A stretch of DNA of 64,000 bases. Origin: an uncultured bacterium (GTDB taxonomy: Bacteria > Macinerneyibacteriota > Macinerneyibacteria > Macinerneyibacteriales > DSCS01). The stretch's first letter is position 1. The number at the start of each line of letters is the position of its first letter. Made by a program: the position numbers and the translations under genes. Of the stretch, positions 48,869 through 63,166 are shown one piece after another. A model generated the notes under the pieces. It made no database searches and was not told the DNA's origin. It worked only from the letters and a program-made list of their open reading frames with translations. The stretch is taken from assembly GCA_964548195.1 (NCBI GenBank), contig CAZJQC010000001.1, positions 88,346-152,345 on the forward strand, in the 5' to 3' direction.

Positions 48869-48943
48869 GTCCTATCACATTAATGATTTGTTATATGGAT
48901 TATAGCATGTTTTGGCGGAAATCAAAGAGAGAAGGAGGCTGTT

Positions 48944-49810
48944 ATGGAAAAAAGAGCTGATGTCAACAGAGGGTTCGCGGAGATGTTCAAGGGCGGCGTG
49001 ATCATGGATGTGACTACGCCCGAGGAGGCGGTTTTGGCCCAGGAGGCCGGAGCCTGCGCCGTGATGGCGCTTGAAAGAGTGCCGGCCGATATACGCGCGC
49101 AGGGCGGGGTGGCAAGGATGAGCGATCCCGGCATGATCAAAAAGATCATGGACGCCGTCTCAATACCGGTGATGGCAAAGGCCAGGATAGGCCATTTGGC
49201 CGAGGCTGCCGTGCTGGAGGCCTGCGGCGTGGATTTTATTGACGAAAGCGAGGTCCTTACCCCCGCCGACAATGAGTATCATATAGACAAACGCGCCTTC
49301 AGGGTGCCTTTTGTCTGCGGCGCCAGGGACCTCGGCGAGGCTTTGCGGCGGATCGAAGAAGGGGCTTCCATGATAAGGACAAAAGGCGAAGCGGGCACGG
49401 GCAATATAGCGGAGGCCGTGAGGCATATGAGAGCCGTAAGGAAGGGTATAGAAGGACTGCGCGGACTGGATGAAAAAGGCATCGGGAAAGCCGCCGCAGA
49501 AATGGGCGTTTCACGGGAAACCGTGCGTCGGACATGCGATCTGGGGCGGCTTCCCGTGGTCAACTTTTCAGCCGGCGGCGTCGCGACTCCGGCAGATGCC
49601 GCGCTGATGATGATGCTCGGGGCGGACGGGGTCTTTGTGGGCTCGGGGATCTTTAAATCAGAGTTTCCGCGCCGAACCGCCGAAGCCATCGTCCGGGCGG
49701 TGACCGGTTTCGACGACGCAGCGTCTTTGCTGAGTGTCTCCGAAGGGCTTGGCACGGCCATGAAAGGCGACGATGGCCCGGAGGTCCTATACGCCGAAAG
49801 AGGCGTTTAA
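48944..49810 (+). CDS. pdxS: Pyridoxal 5'-phosphate synthase lyase subunit
   Basis: [43 protein letters not shown], near-invariant PdxS/SNZ sequence. Confidence 0.92.
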   Translation: MEKRADVNRGFAEMFKGGVIMDVTTPEEAVLAQEAGACAVMALERVPADIRAQGGVARMSDPGMIKKIMDAVSIPVMAKARIGHLAEAAVLEACGVDFIDESEVLTPADNEYHIDKRAFRVPFVCGARDLGEALRRIEEGASMIRTKGEAGTGNIAEAVRHMRAVRKGIEGLRGLDEKGIGKAAAEMGVSRETVRRTCDLGRLPVVNFSAGGVATPADAALMMMLGADGVFVGSGIFKSEFPRRTAEAIVRAVTGFDDAASLLSVSEGLGTAMKGDDGPEVLYAERGV

Positions 49811-49811
49811 C

Positions 49812-50381
49812 GTGGTCGTCGGCCTGCTGGGCGTACAGGGCGCCTTCAGGGATCACATACCCATGGTTGAAAAAAGGGGGCTGGGCTGGGCCGTTATAAA
49901 GAGGGCCCCCTTTCCCCGCGAAATGAAAGGGCTGATCATACCCGGCGGCGAAAGCACCGTCATGATGAAGTATTTGCGGGATACCGGCCTGGATCTCGAG
50001 ATACGCGACTTCGCAGCGTCCGGAGGGGCGGTCTGGGGCATATGCGCAGGGGCCGCCGTGCTCGCCGCCGCCTGGAAGGGCGGCGGCGGCGGGCTCGGAC
50101 TGCTTAATATGGCCGTGCTCAGAAACGGCAACGGAAGGCATGAGGCCAGCGGTTTTCGCCGGGTGGAATATGCGCCGGCAGCCGGCGGAGGCGACTCAAG
50201 AGAGGTCTTTATAAGAGAGCCTTTGCTTGATGTCGAGATGCGCGGCATGGATGTCCTCGCCCGCTCGGACGGCCTTCCCGTCTGGATAGCGAAGGGGCGG
50301 GTGACGGCCATGACATTTCATCCCGAACTGACCGGATGCGCCCGCCCATATGACTATTTTCAGTCGCTGCTAAAAAACTAG
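49812..50381 (+). CDS. pdxT: Pyridoxal 5'-phosphate synthase glutaminase subunit
   Basis: VVGLLGVQGAFRDH, GICAGAAVL (catalytic Cys), TFHPELT. GTG start 2 nt after the pdxS stop. Confidence 0.85.
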   Translation: MVVGLLGVQGAFRDHIPMVEKRGLGWAVIKRAPFPREMKGLIIPGGESTVMMKYLRDTGLDLEIRDFAASGGAVWGICAGAAVLAAAWKGGGGGLGLLNMAVLRNGNGRHEASGFRRVEYAPAAGGGDSREVFIREPLLDVEMRGMDVLARSDGLPVWIAKGRVTAMTFHPELTGCARPYDYFQSLLKN

Positions 50382-50442
50382 CTTGACGGTAACATTAAAC
50401 GGCCTTATTATTATATCGACAATTAACGATTTAAGGAGCCGT

Positions 50443-50778
50443 ATGCTGGTTGACGCGTTGAAAGCGCTTGCCGAAGAACACCGTCTTTTTATGCTGGCCT
50501 CCTGCAGCCAGCATGAGGTATATACCTGTCAGTTTGTCGACGTGACCGGCATGTCTCAGTCGACGGTATCCAGCCATATCAAGGCGCTCAGATCCGCAGG
50601 ACTCCTGGCGCAGAACAAGCAGAAGACCTGGACGGGATATTATCTGAACCCGGATATGGACAGTGATATCGCGGTTGTGGTCCGGGCCGTCCTGGCCCGG
50701 GTATACAAAGACCCTCTTTGGCAGGCGTTTCATGAAAGGCTGCTCGATTCCGCGGTCAGCGGCCCCTGCGATGACTGA
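50443..50778 (+). CDS. ArsR/SmtB-family metalloregulator-type transcription factor
   Basis: LKALAEEHRLFMLASC...VYTCQFVDVTGMSQSTVSSHIKALRSAGLL wHTH. AAGGAG RBS 3 nt upstream. Confidence 0.7.
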   Translation: MLVDALKALAEEHRLFMLASCSQHEVYTCQFVDVTGMSQSTVSSHIKALRSAGLLAQNKQKTWTGYYLNPDMDSDIAVVVRAVLARVYKDPLWQAFHERLLDSAVSGPCDD

Positions 50779-50789
50779 AAGGAGAAAAA

Positions 50790-51467
50790 ATGGCTTTTTT
50801 CAAGGAAGATGACAGAAAGCAGATAAAGACAATACTCAAGGAGAAGATGTCCGGCAGGATCGTGGCCGACCTGTTCATAAAAAAAGATTCCAGAATATTG
50901 ATACCGGGCCGTGCGGAGGAGGAGTGTCCTTACTGCGAGTCCCTGGTGGAGATGTTTGAAGAGCTGTCCGGGCTTTGCGATGACTTGGAGTACAAGGTGC
51001 ATGTCCTGGGCGAGGATGCCGCGTCGGATAAGGCTCTCGGCGTGACGGAGGTGCCCGCCATAGTCTTCAACGGAAAGAAAAAGGGAAGGATGGTCTTTTA
51101 CGGCATCCCCTCGGGCTATGAGTTCGCAAGCCTTCTCGAGGTGCTTGGCGCGGTCTCTTCCGGCAAAGAGTCAGTCTTTTCCCCCGAAATGGCGGCTTAT
51201 CTTGAAAAACTGGATAAAAAACTGGACTTCAAGGTCTTTGTGACGCCCTCCTGCCCCTATTGTCCGGCGGCGGCCCTTTCCGCGTTGCTGGCGGCAAGGC
51301 TCAACGAGAATATCAGCGCGGAGGTCTATGAGGTGTCGGAGTTCTCGGAAATCGGCAGAAAATACCACGTCGAGGGGGTGCCTAAGACCGTTATAAACGA
51401 ACGGGTGGAGATCGTGGGCGGCTATCCCGAGAGCGTGCTGAGGGAAAAGATAGAAAACGAGCTTTAA
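50790..51467 (+). CDS. Tandem thioredoxin-fold protein with two CPYC redox motifs (glutaredoxin-like protein-disulfide oxidoreductase type)
   Basis: CPYCESL and CPYCPAA motifs in two ~100-aa halves; 12 nt downstream of arsR. Confidence 0.65.
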   Translation: MAFFKEDDRKQIKTILKEKMSGRIVADLFIKKDSRILIPGRAEEECPYCESLVEMFEELSGLCDDLEYKVHVLGEDAASDKALGVTEVPAIVFNGKKKGRMVFYGIPSGYEFASLLEVLGAVSSGKESVFSPEMAAYLEKLDKKLDFKVFVTPSCPYCPAAALSALLAARLNENISAEVYEVSEFSEIGRKYHVEGVPKTVINERVEIVGGYPESVLREKIENEL

Positions 51468-51473
51468 AAGGGT

Positions 51474-51508
51474 TTCGGGGGCGTTGCCCCCGCCCTCTTT
51501 TTTTAATT
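51474..51508 (+). terminator. Probable intrinsic terminator after the thioredoxin-fold gene
   Basis: GGGGGC-gtt-GCCCCC hairpin followed (after GCCCTC) by TTTTTTT. Confidence 0.55.
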
Positions 51509-51556
51509 TTAAATCAATGACTTGTCTTAAGATACGGTCATTATCATTGACAGACG

Positions 51557-51584
51557 GACATCCAAGTATATAATCCGGTTAAAG
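51557..51584 (+). promoter_or_regulatory. Sigma-70-type promoter for the PBP1A gene
   Basis: TTGACA 51557-51562, 16-nt spacer, TATAAT 51579-51584. Confidence 0.6.
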
Positions 51585-51617
51585 GATTTTACTTTACAAG
51601 GAAGGGGTACTCTCGGG

Positions 51618-53900
51618 ATGAAATATGCTTACACCGCCAAAAAAAACGTTTATATACTGTTCTCACTGACATTTTTACTGCCTTTGACGATTATTGCCGC
51701 GTTTGTATTAGTCATGGCTGCGGATCTGCCCTCGTCGGCCGCAATATACGCTTTTGAGCCCTCCGTAGGCACGAAGATATATGACATCAACGACGAGCTG
51801 GTCTATGAGTTCTTTAACGAAAAGAGGATAATACTGGAGGAGGAGCAGATACCGCCGATGCTTGAGGCCGCCTTCCTCTCCATAGAGGACTCTTTATTCT
51901 ACAGCCATTCGGCCATAGACCTGTTCGGCATAATGCGCGCGGTGCTGCAGAACATTTTCAAGGGGCAGCTGGTTCAGGGCGGAAGCACCATAACCCAGCA
52001 GCTGGCCCGAAACATGTATTTGGGGCATGAAAGGACCATGACCCGAAAGCTCAAAGAGATGATACTTGCTTTCAAGATAGAGTTTAATTTTCCGAAACAA
52101 GAGATCATGAAGATGTATCTCAACCAGATATACCTGGCGAACAGCTCTTACGGAGCCGGCGCGGCCGCCAGAAATTATTTCGACAAATCAGTGGACGAGC
52201 TTACCGTGCCCGAGATCGCAATGCTCGCCGCTCTTGCAAAAGGGCCTGTTTATTCCCCGTACGTGAATCCCGACCTGGCGCTGGGCAGGCGCAACCTTGT
52301 GCTGTACAAAATGGCCGAGAACGGCTATATATCGCAGGCGGATTATGAGTCATACAGGGAAACGCCACTTGAGGTCATCCCGAAAAAACCGCATCTGAAT
52401 GAGACGGCGCCTTATTTTATCGAGGAAGTGCGGCGGATGCTTGTGAAAGAATATGGCGATGACGTGATCTTTAACGGCGGCCTGAAGGTGTACACCACCC
52501 TGGACCCGAAAGTGCAGGAACTCGCCAACGCTGCCGTGGCGGCGAACCTCGAAGGCGTGAGCCGGCGCAACAGATACAAGCCGTATGAGCTCAAAAATTT
52601 TAAAGACCTTGAAAAAGAACTGATCCCCAACATGATACTTCAGGGCACCGTAAAGGAAGTGCGGGAAAAGACCATGGAGATAGACATGGGAAAGGGTTAT
52701 ACGGGTATCATAAGCATCACCGCCAGAGACTGGGCCTGGGATGTCGTGCCGGGTGAGTTCTTCAAGCCGGGCGATAAGATCACCGTCAAATACAGATGGG
52801 CCAACCATGAGGAAAAAATAATGGGGGTCCTTTGGGAAAGAGAGCCTTTCCCGCAGGCCGCCTTCGTCGGCATGGACCCCAAAACGGGTTATGTGACGGC
52901 TCTCATAGGCGGCGCCGACTTCAGGGAAAGCCAGTTCAACAGGGCTACCCAGTCCACCCTTCAGATAGGGTCCACAATAAAACCGCTTTTTTATACGGCG
53001 GCCATAGACACAAAGAAATATACCATGGCGTCTGTTTTCATAGACGCTCCTTTTGTATGGAAACTTCCGGATCAGAACCCGCCGGAGTGGAAGGTCAGAA
53101 ACTATAACGAGGAGTTCCGGGGGCCCATGACATTGCGTACGGCTATCGGCCTCTCGGTGAATGTCGTGTCGGCGAAGCTCATGAAGGAGCTGGGCCCGAC
53201 CACGGCGGTGAATTATCTCCATCGGCTGGGCATTGAAAGCGACGTCGCCGCCGTGCCCTCCCTTTCCGTGGGCATCGCGGAAGTCTCTCCCCTCGAGCTT
53301 GCCAAGACATTCTGCACGTTTGCAAACATGGGAAGCCGTGTGAAACCGATATTTATCCGCAGAATACTCGACCCCGACGGCAATGTGATAGAGGAGAACG
53401 AGCCGCAGCTGATCAAAGTGCTCTCCGACCAGACAGCTTACATAATGATAAGCATGATGAAGGCTCCCTTTGACAGCGGCACGGCCGCTTTTCTGCGAAA
53501 CGAGTATTACGGACTCAAGGGTGTGGTCGCCGGCAAGACAGGGACTACAGACAATGCGTCCGATCTTTGGCTTGTGACATTCACGCCGGATTTTCTGCTC
53601 TGTTCGTGGATGGGGTTCGATTACAAAGGCAGCCTTGGCGAAAAGGAATATGCAGGGCTTGCGCATGGAGAGGGTTTTGTCCCCATGATCAATGCTTTGC
53701 TTGAAGAAAAGGAAGGGCTTGACTGGCAGATGCCCGAAGGCCTCGTGGCGGTCAAAGTCGATCCGTGGACGGGGCGGCGCGTCCCCGGAGACGATCCCGC
53801 CGCAGGCGGCGTGACGATGTATTTCTACCCGGGCACGGAACCGGGACTGTATCAGGGAAACATATCCGGCGGTTCCGATGTGGATATAACGGATATTTAG
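51618..53900 (+). CDS. Class A penicillin-binding protein (bifunctional transglycosylase/transpeptidase, PBP1A)
   Basis: GT51 motifs EDSLFYSHSAID and GSTITQQLARN, transpeptidase STIKP, SVN and KTGT triads; N-terminal TM anchor. Confidence 0.9.
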   Translation: MKYAYTAKKNVYILFSLTFLLPLTIIAAFVLVMAADLPSSAAIYAFEPSVGTKIYDINDELVYEFFNEKRIILEEEQIPPMLEAAFLSIEDSLFYSHSAIDLFGIMRAVLQNIFKGQLVQGGSTITQQLARNMYLGHERTMTRKLKEMILAFKIEFNFPKQEIMKMYLNQIYLANSSYGAGAAARNYFDKSVDELTVPEIAMLAALAKGPVYSPYVNPDLALGRRNLVLYKMAENGYISQADYESYRETPLEVIPKKPHLNETAPYFIEEVRRMLVKEYGDDVIFNGGLKVYTTLDPKVQELANAAVAANLEGVSRRNRYKPYELKNFKDLEKELIPNMILQGTVKEVREKTMEIDMGKGYTGIISITARDWAWDVVPGEFFKPGDKITVKYRWANHEEKIMGVLWEREPFPQAAFVGMDPKTGYVTALIGGADFRESQFNRATQSTLQIGSTIKPLFYTAAIDTKKYTMASVFIDAPFVWKLPDQNPPEWKVRNYNEEFRGPMTLRTAIGLSVNVVSAKLMKELGPTTAVNYLHRLGIESDVAAVPSLSVGIAEVSPLELAKTFCTFANMGSRVKPIFIRRILDPDGNVIEENEPQLIKVLSDQTAYIMISMMKAPFDSGTAAFLRNEYYGLKGVVAGKTGTTDNASDLWLVTFTPDFLLCSWMGFDYKGSLGEKEYAGLAHGEGFVPMINALLEEKEGLDWQMPEGLVAVKVDPWTGRRVPGDDPAAGGVTMYFYPGTEPGLYQGNISGGSDVDITDI

Positions 53901-53909
53901 GAGGCACGG

Positions 53910-54359
53910 ATGAAAACCTTTATGGGAAGTGATCACCGCGGAATCAGGCTGAAGGGTCTTATCTCACATGTCTTTGCCGCAAAGGGGTGGGACATCACGG
54001 ACCTGGGGCCATATGAAGAGACTCCCGGAGTCGATTATCCCGATTTCGCCCTCAGGGTCTGCGATGCCGTCACGGGCGATACCGACGCGAAAGGTATACT
54101 TATATGCGGCACCGGAGTGGGCATGTCCATAGCCGCCAATAAATTCAACGGCATCAGAGCCGCCTTATGCTGCAATGTCGAAGTCGCGGCTATGACCAGG
54201 CGCCATAATGACGCGAATGTGCTGGTGCTATCGGCTGACTATACGGACGAGGCGACACTGGAACAGCTTCTGGAGGCTTTTTTTACCACGGAGTTCGAGG
54301 GCGGCAGACATGCCCGGAGGCTGGAGAAGATCAAAGATAGCGAACGCAGGGATTCATAA
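53910..54359 (+). CDS. rpiB: Ribose-5-phosphate isomerase B
   Basis: [30 protein letters not shown]. Confidence 0.85.
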   Translation: MKTFMGSDHRGIRLKGLISHVFAAKGWDITDLGPYEETPGVDYPDFALRVCDAVTGDTDAKGILICGTGVGMSIAANKFNGIRAALCCNVEVAAMTRRHNDANVLVLSADYTDEATLEQLLEAFFTTEFEGGRHARRLEKIKDSERRDS

Positions 54360-54376
54360 ATTATCAAGGAGGCATT

Positions 54377-55681
54377 ATGCTGAAAAACGATCTTAAAACA
54401 TCTGATCCGGAAATCCATGCTTTGATGCAGGATGAGATCAAAAGGCAGTCGTTCGGCCTTGAACTGATCGCGTCGGAAAACTTTGTTTCCGAAGCCGTCA
54501 TGGAGGCCGTCGGTTCGGTTATGACAAACAAGTATGCCGAGGGCTACCCCTATTACAGGTTCAAGGAGGCGCCCGAAGAGAGAAATTATTCAAGGAACGG
54601 CCGATACTACGGCGGATGCGAAGTGGTGGACAAGGCCGAGAGGCTCGCCATCGACAGGGCCATTGAGATCTTCGGCGCCGAGCATGCCAATGTGCAGCCC
54701 CATTCAGGCTCACAGGCAAATATGGCCGTCTATCACGCCGTGGTGGATCCCGGCGACACCGTGATGGGGATGGACCTTTCGCATGGCGGACATCTGACAC
54801 ACGGCAGCCCGGTGAATTTTTCGGGCATATTCTACAACATCGTGCCTTACGGCGTTAGCGAGGGAGCGGAGACCATTGATTATGACAAAGTGCGGGAGAT
54901 CGCAAAAAAATGCAATCCCAAGATGATAGTCGTCGGCGCCAGCGCCTATCCCCGTATAATAGACTTCAAGGCATTTCGCGATATTGCGGATGAGACCGGC
55001 GCAAAAATCATGGTGGATATGGCGCATATTGCCGGACTGGTCGCCACGGGGCATCACCCGAACCCGGTGCCCTATGCGGATTTCGTGACCACTACCACCC
55101 ATAAGACGCTCAGAGGCCCCAGAGGCGGCATGATACTGTGCAAAAACGAATACGCAAAAGAGATAGACATGAAGGTCTTCCCCGGAATACAGGGCGGCCC
55201 TCTCATGCATGTGATCGCCGGAAAAGCCGTGGCTTTTAAGGAGGCGATGTCCCCCGGTTTTAAGGAATACCAGGGACAGGTGGTCAAAAACGCGGCGGCA
55301 CTGGCCGAGGCCCTCATAAGCAAGGGCTACAGGCTCGTTTCGGGAGGCACCGACAACCATCTTATGCTGGTCAACGTGCTTGCGTCCGCAGGCATCAGCG
55401 GCAAAAAGGCTCAGTCTCTACTGGGTGAAGCTGAGATCACAGTCAACAAAAACACCATACCCTTCGACACCAAAAGCCCCTTCGTCACCAGCGGCATCAG
55501 GCTCGGCACGCCCGCTCTCACGTCCAGGGGGATGAAGGAGCCCGAGATGAGGGAAATAGCGGCATTGATAGACAACGTGCTCAGATCGGAAGGCGACGCG
55601 GATATATTGTCAGCGGCAAGGTCCGGAGTGCGCGATCTTTGCGGCCGCTACCCGCTCTATCAGTACAAACTGGAGGTATGA
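54377..55681 (+). CDS. glyA: Serine hydroxymethyltransferase
   Basis: [12 protein letters not shown]-Lys context [14 protein letters not shown], 434 aa. Confidence 0.95.
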   Translation: MLKNDLKTSDPEIHALMQDEIKRQSFGLELIASENFVSEAVMEAVGSVMTNKYAEGYPYYRFKEAPEERNYSRNGRYYGGCEVVDKAERLAIDRAIEIFGAEHANVQPHSGSQANMAVYHAVVDPGDTVMGMDLSHGGHLTHGSPVNFSGIFYNIVPYGVSEGAETIDYDKVREIAKKCNPKMIVVGASAYPRIIDFKAFRDIADETGAKIMVDMAHIAGLVATGHHPNPVPYADFVTTTTHKTLRGPRGGMILCKNEYAKEIDMKVFPGIQGGPLMHVIAGKAVAFKEAMSPGFKEYQGQVVKNAAALAEALISKGYRLVSGGTDNHLMLVNVLASAGISGKKAQSLLGEAEITVNKNTIPFDTKSPFVTSGIRLGTPALTSRGMKEPEMREIAALIDNVLRSEGDADILSAARSGVRDLCGRYPLYQYKLEV

Positions 55682-56130
55682 TGAAAAAAAGACCCGGATG
55701 GGACCATTATTTTTTCGATATCACCAAATTAGTGGCAACAAGAAGCACCTGCCTCCGGAGGGAGGTGGGTGCCGTTATCGTGAAGGACAAACGCATACTC
55801 GCTACGGGTTATAACGGGGCTCCGACCGGCCTGCCCCATTGCATGGACGCAGGCTGTCTCAGGGAACAACTGCATATCCCTTCCGGGGAAAGACAGGAAA
55901 TATGCCGCGGCATACATGCGGAACAGAACGCCCTCATACAGGCGGCGCGTTTCGGCATATCCGTCGACGGGTCCACCATATACGTGACACATCATCCCTG
56001 CATAGTCTGTGCCAAGCTTTTGATCAACGCGGGCATAAAATGCATCAAATACCTTGAGGATTACCCCGATGAACTTGCCAAACAGATGCTGAAGGATGCC
56101 GACGTGAAGCTGGAAAGGGCCGAACCGTGA
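55678..56130 (+). CDS. dCMP/cytidine deaminase-family zinc enzyme (ComEB/dCMP deaminase-like)
   Basis: [11 protein letters not shown] (HxE) and [11 protein letters not shown] (PCxxC) zinc ligands. Overlaps the glyA stop. Confidence 0.85.
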   Translation: MMKKRPGWDHYFFDITKLVATRSTCLRREVGAVIVKDKRILATGYNGAPTGLPHCMDAGCLREQLHIPSGERQEICRGIHAEQNALIQAARFGISVDGSTIYVTHHPCIVCAKLLINAGIKCIKYLEDYPDELAKQMLKDADVKLERAEP

Positions 56131-56579
56131 AATGCCCCCATTGCGGAAACGAAGACAGCAAGGTCGTAAATTCAAGGCCCGGCGAAAAGTCCATACGCAG
56201 GCGGCGGGAATGCCTCAGCTGCGGAAAGCGTTTTACCACCTATGAGACCGTGGTGGAAGCTTTTCCGCATATCATAAAAAAAGACAACCGGCGCGAGGAC
56301 TACGACCGCTCAAAGCTTGAAAAAGGCGTGCGAAAGGCGTTGGAAAAAAGGCCTGTGTCCGAGACCGAAATACGCAAGCTTGTGGATTATGTCGAAGCAG
56401 AACTTTATAAATGCGACAAAAACGAACTGCCGTCCTCTTCCGTGGGCGAACTGGTCATGGAAAGGCTCAGGGAACTTGACCTGGTGGCTTATGTCAGATT
56501 CGCATCCGTATACAGGGAGTTTAAAGATGTGGGTGACTTTGTGGATGAGCTGAAGACGTTCCTCAACAAGAAGAAGTAA
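56127..56579 (+). CDS. nrdR: Transcriptional repressor NrdR
   Basis: [17 protein letters not shown]...[12 protein letters not shown] zinc ribbon plus ATP-cone; 4-bp overlap with the deaminase gene. Confidence 0.9.
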   Translation: MKCPHCGNEDSKVVNSRPGEKSIRRRRECLSCGKRFTTYETVVEAFPHIIKKDNRREDYDRSKLEKGVRKALEKRPVSETEIRKLVDYVEAELYKCDKNELPSSSVGELVMERLRELDLVAYVRFASVYREFKDVGDFVDELKTFLNKKK

Positions 56580-56580
56580 T

Positions 56581-57933
56581 ATGTTCGCAGGCGACCTTTT
56601 TTTCAAGGACCTCGGCGGAGAGATCAGAGAACTGACTATAGAATTCCTTTATGACAAAATATTAAACAGAGTGCCGGGCGGTATCGGAGACGATGAGGCG
56701 CGCAATCTCATGGCGGTGATATCATATTATGTGCAGGGCAGAAAAAACGACCTGCTTGTGGACGAAGAAGAGCTTAACGAGCTTATTGACAAGCTGATAC
56801 CGGATGCCGGAGCCGCCGGAAAAGCCGCCGCCCCCGCTGACATTGTCAGCGCGACAGCCGCGGCTTTGGAAAAAGCCGGGGTCAGGCTGCCCGCTGACGT
56901 GCTTCGTTCCGTAGGGGAACGGATGGAAAATATCATGGAGGGCCTGGCCGCCCGGGGGCTTGCCGACCTCTCTTCCGACACGTTCGAGGGTATTCTCGCG
57001 GACCTGCTGGAAAGCATGGGCATCAACCGTAAAAGGAAGGGACGCCTGATCTTTCCCATAGACGAAATACTGCTGGTATATTCAAAGTATTCCCCCTTTG
57101 CCGCCGGCGACTATTTCAGCGATATCGTAAACCTGTATCTTTATAACAACTTTCTTCTGGACCCTGATGTGAAAGACGCCGAAAAAAAGGGAATATTGCG
57201 TGACCATGCCGCGGAGCCCTTCATGGTCGACAGGCTTGATGTCTTTCCGGATGCCCGCATCAGGGATGAGAGGGAACTGAGGCTGGCGCGCACATTTATC
57301 TTCTACAATGAAGAGCTTTTTCACAAGACACCCGCCGCGAACAAGCTGCTTTTCCGGGTCGGCGGCGGCTGTGAAGGCAGCCCGTCAATAGTCTTCGCGG
57401 ACAAATATTTTTACCCCGGGGAAAATGTCCGGGCGCTGACTTTTCAAAAAAATGAAAATTACTCGCTGTTTTCGCTGGATGAGACCGCGTTTCCCGTATA
57501 CCCCTCTTTTTACAACGCCGCCCTCGACTTCAGCGTGCTCGCCGGCATGGATTCCATGGAACAGTTTGACGCCCTTGACAGGCTCGCCAGGGGGCTTAAC
57601 AGGTTTTATCAGAAATATTCGGAATATTTTTACCTGGTCTCTCTGCTGAGCAAACGGAACCTCTACATGAATATAAAGATCGATGCCGGGTCGCCCGACT
57701 ACAACCATCTGCTTTCGACCTATATGAGGCGCACACTGAACAATGAACACATAAGGCTGGTCATGGACGTCAACGGGACGGACCTTGACCTTAAAAGACT
57801 TGCAGTATACGCGTCGGAAGGCTATTCGCTGGAGATTCGCATCGGCCTGCCGCAATGGAACGAGCGGCTTTTTTCGTTCTGCAAGAAAAACCGTGTCTAT
57901 CTTGTAACATTTGACGAAAGGGGAACAATATGA
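56581..57933 (+). CDS. Hypothetical 450-aa soluble protein with no recognisable motif; co-transcribed with nrdR
   Basis: Long ORF with coding-like composition, 1 nt after the nrdR stop and overlapping the next gene by 4 nt. No TM helix, no nucleotide-binding or metal motifs seen. Confidence 0.55.
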   Translation: MFAGDLFFKDLGGEIRELTIEFLYDKILNRVPGGIGDDEARNLMAVISYYVQGRKNDLLVDEEELNELIDKLIPDAGAAGKAAAPADIVSATAAALEKAGVRLPADVLRSVGERMENIMEGLAARGLADLSSDTFEGILADLLESMGINRKRKGRLIFPIDEILLVYSKYSPFAAGDYFSDIVNLYLYNNFLLDPDVKDAEKKGILRDHAAEPFMVDRLDVFPDARIRDERELRLARTFIFYNEELFHKTPAANKLLFRVGGGCEGSPSIVFADKYFYPGENVRALTFQKNENYSLFSLDETAFPVYPSFYNAALDFSVLAGMDSMEQFDALDRLARGLNRFYQKYSEYFYLVSLLSKRNLYMNIKIDAGSPDYNHLLSTYMRRTLNNEHIRLVMDVNGTDLDLKRLAVYASEGYSLEIRIGLPQWNERLFSFCKKNRVYLVTFDERGTI

Positions 57934-58436
57934 AGAAGATGCTTATCGTGATCGGGATCGCCGTCATGCTCGCCGCCTGCACCTCGGGAGGAAACAGGGA
58001 GCCTGAGGCAAAGGCAAAGGGCGGGGAAAAGATGGCCGCTTTCGCGCTGGAGGACCTTGATGGCAATGTCTTTGACTCGTCGCAGCTGTCAGGCAAAGTT
58101 GCGATAATAGATTTTTGGGCGACATGGTGTCCTCCCTGTAAAAAAGAAATACCTCATTTCATAGAGCTCTATGACGAATATGCGGATGACGGACTGGTCA
58201 TCGTCGGCATATCCGTCGATGAGGATATCAACGCGCTTGAGACATTCGTGCCGGAAAACGGCATTAATTACGTGATGCTCAAGGCCGATAAAGAGGGCCG
58301 CGTGGTGAACGATTTCGGCGGCATAACGGGCATACCCACCACATTCCTCATAGACAGAGACGGCAATATAGCGGCAAAGTTTATCGGATACCGCGAAAAG
58401 GCGGTCTTTGAAGAGGCGCTGAAAGAGCTGCTCTAA
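57930..58436 (+). CDS. TlpA/ResA-like thiol:disulfide oxidoreductase lipoprotein
   Basis: Lipobox MLAAC, IIDFWATWCPPCKKEIP thioredoxin active site. Confidence 0.8.
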   Translation: MKKMLIVIGIAVMLAACTSGGNREPEAKAKGGEKMAAFALEDLDGNVFDSSQLSGKVAIIDFWATWCPPCKKEIPHFIELYDEYADDGLVIVGISVDEDINALETFVPENGINYVMLKADKEGRVVNDFGGITGIPTTFLIDRDGNIAAKFIGYREKAVFEEALKELL

Positions 58437-58738
58437 GCCCGTTCGGCGTTGTTTGCGGGCCGGATGAAGTCCTCGCGGTCCCCGAGATATTCGGTGAAGG
58501 GGCCGGGGAGCTCGGTCAGTTCGTTCATCGCCAAAAGAACGCGGGTCAGCGCCAGTTCGTTTTTGAGAAAAGGGCGTTTCCTGAAAAAGCCGGGGGCGTC
58601 CCTTTCCAGCGCCGAGGCGATCGAAAAAAGTTTTCGCTGCGTCTTGAAGACCCGGTCTTCAGCGCCGGAAAGGCTTTCAATATCCGCCAGGATAGTCGAT
58701 ACGATCTCGGAAAGAGCCGTTCGGGAAAAATCGTACAT
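58433..58738 (-). CDS. Hypothetical small protein (101 aa), convergent with and overlapping the tlpA-like stop
   Basis: ORF only; no motif recognised. Could be a shadow ORF. Confidence 0.3.
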   Translation of the reverse strand: MYDFSRTALSEIVSTILADIESLSGAEDRVFKTQRKLFSIASALERDAPGFFRKRPFLKNELALTRVLLAMNELTELPGPFTEYLGDREDFIRPANNAERA

Positions 58739-58786
58739 CTTTTAGTATGTACCGCGGCGGCTCTTTTTTAAACGCAGGGAGATGAT

Positions 58787-59257
58787 ATGAAAAAAATATT
58801 ATTGATCATGGCCGCGGCTCTGATGTGCTTCGCTGCGGCTGAAGCCAAAAGGCTGCTGTCGTTCGAAGCATTGATGGGCGCGCTGCAAGAGGGATGTGAC
58901 GTGAGGATGGTAGTCGATTACGGAGGCTGCGAGCTTTATGTCGGCGGTGAAAAAGCCGACTCCTCCCCGCAGGCCGTCGGGGGCATGCCGCTTGATGTGT
59001 TTGAGTATTTTTCGCCGGGACTGTTCGGAAACGAACGGGGTTTCCTGGCGTTTTCACACCGCAGCTTTATAAGCCTGCGCGGCAGGTATGTCTATAACTA
59101 TGTGAAAGTAAGGGTCTTCGACGACGGCTCAGTCGAAATAAACGCGCAATATCTCAACCCCGGGACACTTGACGCGGAAATGGACGAGACCTTTAAAACC
59201 GCCATCTATGACGGAAGCAAAGGCGCCGCAGCGTTTTTTGCCGCCTCATCGGAATAA
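58787..59257 (+). CDS. Secreted hypothetical protein (signal peptide [20 protein letters not shown])
   Basis: Clear Sec signal and RBS-like GGGAGATGATATG context. No known domain recognised. Confidence 0.55.
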   Translation: MKKILLIMAAALMCFAAAEAKRLLSFEALMGALQEGCDVRMVVDYGGCELYVGGEKADSSPQAVGGMPLDVFEYFSPGLFGNERGFLAFSHRSFISLRGRYVYNYVKVRVFDDGSVEINAQYLNPGTLDAEMDETFKTAIYDGSKGAAAFFAASSE

Positions 59258-59303
59258 AAATATCTTGACAATATAACGCCGCGAAATATACTAATCTGTA
59301 CAG

Positions 59304-59376
<73 letters not shown>

Positions 59377-59394
59377 TTCTTTGTATTATCCTGA

Positions 59395-63155
<3,761 letters not shown>

Positions 63156-63166
<11 letters not shown>

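Noticed and set aside
52350-53936. 528-aa minus-strand ORF
   Set aside because: Entirely antisense to the well-supported PBP1A gene; a shadow ORF typical of GC-rich coding DNA with no recognisable motifs
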